This document shows, in pieces, positions 59,955 to 64,000 of a DNA stretch of 64,000 nucleotides (positions are counted from its first letter, which is position 1; each line of letters begins with the position of its first letter). The notes beneath the pieces are model-generated. The model saw only the letters and a program-made list of their open reading frames with translations. It was not told where the DNA came from and did no database searches. Source of the DNA: an uncultured bacterium (GTDB taxonomy: Bacteria; Krumholzibacteriota; Krumholzibacteriia; LZORAL124-64-63); contig CAVSZB010000001.1 of assembly GCA_963732385.1 (NCBI GenBank), forward strand, positions 64,001 to 128,000. The letters are read 5' to 3'. The position numbers and the translations under genes are program-made.

Positions 59955-60955
59955 GGGAGTGGTCCTTTCGGGCAGGGCGCCGGAGCGCCGTCCAGGTCGA
60001 GGATCATCGCGATGGAGCAGCGGCGGTACTTCGCCGGCCCGAGCGGCCCGGCCGGCACGCGCCGGAAGCCGAGGCTCTCGTACAGCCCGATCGCGGCCTT
60101 CAAACGGGGACTCGTCTCGAGGAACAGCGAGCCGGCCCGCCGCGAGCGCGCCGCCACGATGGCGGCCTCCGCCAGGCGGCGCCCGATGCCGCGTCCGCGC
60201 GCCCCCGGCGCCACCGCCATCTTGGCGAGCTCGCAAACTGCGGAATCGTGGCGGATCACGGCGCAGGTGCCGACCACCCGGCCGTCAAGCCGGGCGAACA
60301 GCACCTCGCCCCCCGGTTTGACGATCCGGCCGTGGGGATCGGCCAGCAGGGCCGCGTCGGCCGGCTCCACCGTGAAGAGGTTTTCCAGCCATTCCCGGTT
60401 GAGCGCCTCGAAGTGGCGCCGCCAGGCGGGGCGGTAGGGCAGGATCTCGATGCGGTCCCCCTCGCACGCCCGCAGCCGTTCCGTCACCCGCGCGTGCATG
60501 CCGCGCACAGTCAGCGCCGTCTCGGTGGCTGCGAGGGCGGCGAGCAGATCGTGGCCGCTGGTCGTCCGCGCCTCCGCCAGCAGCTCGTGGTTCGCCCCCC
60601 GGATCTCCTTCCAAACCGGCGCCAGACGCGCCGCCACGTCGCGCCCCTTCTTCGACAGCCGCAGCAGACGCCGCCGCTCGTCGCGACGGTCCCGTGCCGT
60701 CAGCACGAGCCCGGCCCGCGCCATCTCGCCGGCGAGCTGATTCACGGCAGGATGCGTCAGGCCGAGGGCTCGGGCCAGCTGGGTCACCGCCTGGGGCGAC
60801 TCCGCCAGCAGGGCCCGCAGCAGCGGGAACCACCGTGCCTCGAAAGGCGCGTCCAACTCCCGGTACACGCGCGACACGTCGCGTAACAGTCGCTCGCTCA
60901 GGCGTTTGAGGCGGCTGGCCAGGGCCAGTTCGCCCAGATCGGTGATGAGATCCAA
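59951..60955 (-). CDS. Bifunctional MarR-HTH / GNAT acetyltransferase
   Basis: LASRLKRLSE...THPAVNQ...DERRR; ELAKMAV...RGRGIG...LYESLGF. Confidence 0.88.
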   Translation of the reverse strand: MDLITDLGELALASRLKRLSERLLRDVSRVYRELDAPFEARWFPLLRALLAESPQAVTQLARALGLTHPAVNQLAGEMARAGLVLTARDRRDERRRLLRLSKKGRDVAARLAPVWKEIRGANHELLAEARTTSGHDLLAALAATETALTVRGMHARVTERLRACEGDRIEILPYRPAWRRHFEALNREWLENLFTVEPADAALLADPHGRIVKPGGEVLFARLDGRVVGTCAVIRHDSAVCELAKMAVAPGARGRGIGRRLAEAAIVAARSRRAGSLFLETSPRLKAAIGLYESLGFRRVPAGPLGPAKYRRCSIAMILDLDGAPAPCPKGPLP

Positions 60956-61053
60956 GGGTCCTCCCGTCGTGCGGGGGCATGACGCAGGAAAAGCGTAAGT
61001 GGTTTCCTAAATTCTGGCAAGGCGCTTGATTGCACGGTTGTGGATCCCGACGA

Positions 61054-61081
61054 TGCAACCTTTCGCCGCCGGCCCGCGTTA
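61054..61081 (+). promoter_or_regulatory. Possible ECF-sigma promoter
   Basis: TGCAAC-N17-CGTTA upstream of two exported paralogs. Confidence 0.3.
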
Positions 61082-61165
61082 CCTGTCCATGTTGCCATAT
61101 TCGGCACCCGCGGTACGATCCACCGGCGGGCGTCCAGCCGAACCTCAACACGCGGGAGTTGTGTC

Positions 61166-61729
61166 ATGAAGAAAGCCCACCTGATGCTCGCTGTGGCAGC
61201 GGTCGCGATGCTGGCCCCCGCGGCGGTCCTGGCGGAGAAGAAAACCGATACCCAGAACGGTCCCTTCATCCACGTCGAAGTGCGCGAGGCGGGCGGGGAA
61301 GAGGGCTCGGTCAACATCAACCTGCCCCTGGCCCTGGCCCAGGTGGCGCTGGCCACGATGCAGGAGACCGTCGATCAGCACGCCAGAATGACGTTCGACA
61401 AGGGCGAGCTGAAGGTGAGCGACCTGCGCCGGATGTGGACGGCGATGCGCAATGCGGGCGACACCGAATTCGTCACCGTGCAGGATGCCGGCGAGACGGT
61501 GCGCATCTACCGCGAAGGCGAGATGGTCTTCGTGAAGGTCAACGAGGGCGACGCGAAGGACAAGGTGCGCATCCAGGTGCCGGTCGGCGTGATGGACGCG
61601 CTGCTGTCCGGCGAGGGCGAGGAGCTCGACCTGGCTGCCGCCATCGATAAGTTGGGCAGCATGGGGAAGGGCGATCTGGTGCGGATCGAGGAAGAAGCGG
61701 GCGATAGCGTGCGGATCTGGATCGACTGA
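61166..61729 (+). CDS. Exported hypothetical protein
   Basis: Signal peptide ending AVLA; VNINLPLALA and VRIQVPV repeats; ends VRIWID. Confidence 0.7.
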   Translation: MKKAHLMLAVAAVAMLAPAAVLAEKKTDTQNGPFIHVEVREAGGEEGSVNINLPLALAQVALATMQETVDQHARMTFDKGELKVSDLRRMWTAMRNAGDTEFVTVQDAGETVRIYREGEMVFVKVNEGDAKDKVRIQVPVGVMDALLSGEGEELDLAAAIDKLGSMGKGDLVRIEEEAGDSVRIWID

Positions 61730-61796
61730 CGTGTGAGCGGACGGGCGGTCGGCGCAACGCGGCGCCGGCCGCCTTCTCATTTCAGGGAGGACGGCC

Positions 61797-62312
61797 ATGA
61801 CCAGGTTGGCGTTGATCGTCGTGCTGCCGCTCGCGTTGCTCGCTTTGCCGGGGATCCTGCTCGTCGACGTGCAGGAGGGCGGGGCCGACGGCTGCCGCAT
61901 CGTCGTGCCGGTGCCGCTCGCGCTGGCCCGGATCGCCACCGTCTTCGTGCCCGACCAGGTGCGGCACGTGAACTGCCCGACCGAGCTGCGGCGCTGGGCC
62001 CCCGTGGCCGACCAGTTCGTGGCCGGACTGCGCAACCAGCCCGATTTCACCCTCGCCGAAGTGAGTGAGCACGACGAGCATGTGACCGTCCGCAAGTCGG
62101 GCCGCCACCTGCTGGTCGACGTGTCGAGCGCCTGCGGCGACGAAGTCCACTGCCGCCTGCCGCTGCGCACCGCAGCCCGCATCCTCGAGGCCACTTCGCA
62201 CGGGCGCCTGGACACCGATGAGGCGGTGCGCGCCGCGTGCTGGATGCCCTCCGGACGGCTGGTCGACGTCACGAGCGCCGATGGGGACCGGGTGCGCATC
62301 ACCAAGCTCTGA
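61797..62312 (+). CDS. Membrane-anchored hypothetical protein, paralogous to the upstream gene
   Basis: RBS GGAGG; N-terminal TM; VPVPLALA; ends GDRVRI. Confidence 0.65.
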   Translation: MTRLALIVVLPLALLALPGILLVDVQEGGADGCRIVVPVPLALARIATVFVPDQVRHVNCPTELRRWAPVADQFVAGLRNQPDFTLAEVSEHDEHVTVRKSGRHLLVDVSSACGDEVHCRLPLRTAARILEATSHGRLDTDEAVRAACWMPSGRLVDVTSADGDRVRITKL

Positions 62313-62330
62313 GGCGGGGGGGCGGCACGC

Positions 62331-62407
62331 CCGTTCGCTCGCGCTGGTGACACAAAAACATCGGGCCTCCGGTCCGATGTTTTTGTGTCAGACGAGCTCG
62401 CTCGCGG
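62331..62407 (+). repeat. ~77-bp palindromic (REP-like) element, copy A
   Basis: TGACACAAAAACATCGG...CCGATGTTTTTGTGTCA core; inverted copy at 63235-63312. Confidence 0.8.
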
Positions 62408-62550
62408 ACGTGTCGCCCCCCGGGCCGTAGGGCGCGGTGATGCGAACTCGGGTGCCCCTGGCGAGCGCGAAGGTGATGCCGGCCGGGCAGGCTGGGCGGG
62501 GGGCTGCGCGGAGGTAGGGCAACCTTCGCGTTTGACGGGATTTGGGAGGG

Positions 62551-62591
62551 TTGACGCGGCGCGGCCGTATGGTTATAATATAGTTATAACC
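62551..62591 (+). promoter_or_regulatory. Sigma70 promoter with overlapping palindromic operator of the TA operon
   Basis: TTGACG(62551)-N17-TATAAT(62574); GGTTATAA-tatag-TTATAACC palindrome 62571-62591. Confidence 0.8.
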
Positions 62592-62602
62592 CGGAGGTTG
62601 AG

Positions 62603-62833
62603 ATGATCAAGCAACTCCGTAAGGTTGGTAACAGCAATGCGTTGATTCTTGATAAGCCGATTCTGGAGCTCCTCGGCCTGGAGGAGGAAGGTCAGGTGCA
62701 ACTCACAATTCAGGACGGCAACCTGATTATCACACCTGCCCGGCCGCAGCTCGTCCGCACCGAAGAGATGGGCGAAAAACTCGACTATGTCATAAAGAAG
62801 CGTGCCGGCGTGTTGCGGCGGTTGGCCAGGTGA
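62603..62833 (+). CDS. AbrB/MazE/SpoVT-family antitoxin
   Basis: LRKVGNSNALIL...LIITP...VLRRLA; directly upstream of and overlapping doc. Confidence 0.88.
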   Translation: MIKQLRKVGNSNALILDKPILELLGLEEEGQVQLTIQDGNLIITPARPQLVRTEEMGEKLDYVIKKRAGVLRRLAR

Positions 62834-63225
62834 AGCAGCCGGTCGTTTTCCTTTCGGTGGACGTCGTACTGCAGATCCATCGCCGGGTCATTGAGGAATT
62901 CGGCGGGGACCCGGGCCTGCGTGAACGCGGGCTGCTGGAGTCTGCCGTCGCCATGCCACAGTCGACATTTGGCGGGGAGGAACTTCATGTCGGGTTACCG
63001 GAGAAAGCGGCGGCATATCACTTCCATCTATGCGCGAATCACCCCTTCGTAGACGGCAACAAACGTGTCGCTGTCGCTGCGGCTGAAGTGTTCCTGCTAA
63101 TCAATGGGCAGGAATTGTCGGCGAGTGACAATGAAGTCGAAGTTTTAACGCTGGGTGTCGCTGCCGGGCGGTTGTCCAAAGATCAAGTGATCGAGTTCTT
63201 CGCAAAGTTCGTCAAGGAGTCGTGA
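62830..63225 (+). CDS. doc: Death-on-curing (Doc/Fic) toxin
   Basis: FGG..GLRERGLLESA; HPFVDGNKR; FL.ING. Confidence 0.9.
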   Translation: MKQPVVFLSVDVVLQIHRRVIEEFGGDPGLRERGLLESAVAMPQSTFGGEELHVGLPEKAAAYHFHLCANHPFVDGNKRVAVAAAEVFLLINGQELSASDNEVEVLTLGVAAGRLSKDQVIEFFAKFVKES

Positions 63226-63234
63226 GTGGGATGG

Positions 63235-63312
63235 CCGCGAGTGAGCGCGTCTGACAGCGAAACATCGGGCCTCATGGCCCGATGTTTTGCTGTCACCAGC
63301 GCGAACGAACGG
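63235..63312 (-). repeat. ~78-bp palindromic (REP-like) element, copy B
   Basis: Reverse complement aligns with copy A along its whole length. Confidence 0.8.
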
Positions 63313-63326
63313 CCACCCTGCCCCCG

Positions 63327-64000
63327 CTAGCGCGAGAACAGGTCCTTCACCGCCTGAACCGAAGTCTGCCCGCCCAGTTTCGCGATCGCGTCCGTCAGCT
63401 TGATCTCCTTGGGGCAGGCGCGCACACAGTTCTGGGCGTTGCCGCAGTCGGTGATGCCGCCGGGCCCCATGATCGCGTGGAGGCGGTCTTCAGCGTTGTT
63501 GCGGCCGGTCGGGTGGTTGTTGAACAGCCAGGTCTGGCCGAGCGGCGAGGGGCCGATGAACTTCGAGGCGGGGTGGAACTGGGGGCAGGCCTCCATGCAG
63601 CAGCCGCAGGTCATGCAGCGGGAGAAGTCGTAGTTGAGCTCCCACTGCTGCGGGCTGATGCGCGGGGCGTGCTCGTGGATGTCCCAGGCGCCGTCGATCG
63701 GCACCCAGGCGCGGACCTGACGCAGGGCGTCGAACATGCGCTGGCGGTCGACGAGCAGGTCGCGCACGACCGGGAACTTGCTCATCGGCTCGAGGGTGAT
63801 CGGCTGGGTGAGCGGATCGACGAGCGTGGAGCAGGCCTGTCGCACCTTGCCGTTGATGAGCATGGTGCAGGAGCCGCAGACCTCCTCCATGCAGTTCGCC
63901 TCGAAGACGACCGGGGCCACGCGCTGCCCCTGGGCGTTGACGGGATTCTCGCGCAGGGCCATCAGCAGCGACACGATGTTGTGGCGCGGCTTCCAGGGCA
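63327..64000 (-). CDS. sdhB: Succinate dehydrogenase/fumarate reductase Fe-S subunit (5'-truncated by the window)
   Basis: CMEEVCGSC...RQAC; FPVVRDL; CMTCGCCMEACP; CGNAQNCVRACPK. Confidence 0.93.
   Translation of the reverse strand, partial: PWKPRHNIVSLLMALRENPVNAQGQRVAPVVFEANCMEEVCGSCTMLINGKVRQACSTLVDPLTQPITLEPMSKFPVVRDLLVDRQRMFDALRQVRAWVPIDGAWDIHEHAPRISPQQWELNYDFSRCMTCGCCMEACPQFHPASKFIGPSPLGQTWLFNNHPTGRNNAEDRLHAIMGPGGITDCGNAQNCVRACPKEIKLTDAIAKLGGQTSVQAVKDLFSR

Noticed and set aside
62331..63312. Palindromes as integron attC sites or CRISPR repeats
   Set aside because: Only two copies, in inverted orientation, without RYYYAAC/GTTRRRY ends, spacers, integrase or cas genes.

Overview
A 64-kb window from a high-GC, two-membrane, probably anaerobic or facultative bacterium. 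The FlgD-Ig C-terminal tail and the 'T[LW]GxVKxxYR' C-terminal tail suggest a Krumholzibacteriota/Eisenbacteria-like lineage (inference). In order it contains: a sigma54-driven operon of NifB/NifX-like proteins, Fe-S P-loop ATPases, CGGC and DUF5320 proteins; divergent trehalose genes (GH15 versus a membrane-anchored OtsA plus OtsB); a trypsin-like lipoprotein protease followed by a stand-alone copy of its own pro-domain; two incomplete MacAB-like exporters; kdpFABCDE with two extra leader peptides; an OFA transporter with a DsrMK-like pair; two-component systems; a GH32-like FlgD-tail protein; a complete IS110/IS1111-type element; housekeeping genes; an AbrB/Doc toxin-antitoxin cassette; and the 3' part of sdhB. 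The most notable observations are: (1) the IS1111-type element sits in, and regenerates, the stop codon of a FlgD-tail gene, and its non-coding end holds a two-loop bridge/seek-like RNA whose apparent target guide spells L/V-K-stop; (2) an unannotated 62-aa DUF6132-like membrane protein with an in-frame TGA at a conserved Cys position (CxxxxU, candidate selenoprotein); (3) the protease plus free pro-domain pair; (4) a TA module bracketed by inverted copies of a ~77-bp palindromic repeat. No rRNA, tRNA or CRISPR array was seen. All family assignments come from motif recognition, not database searches.
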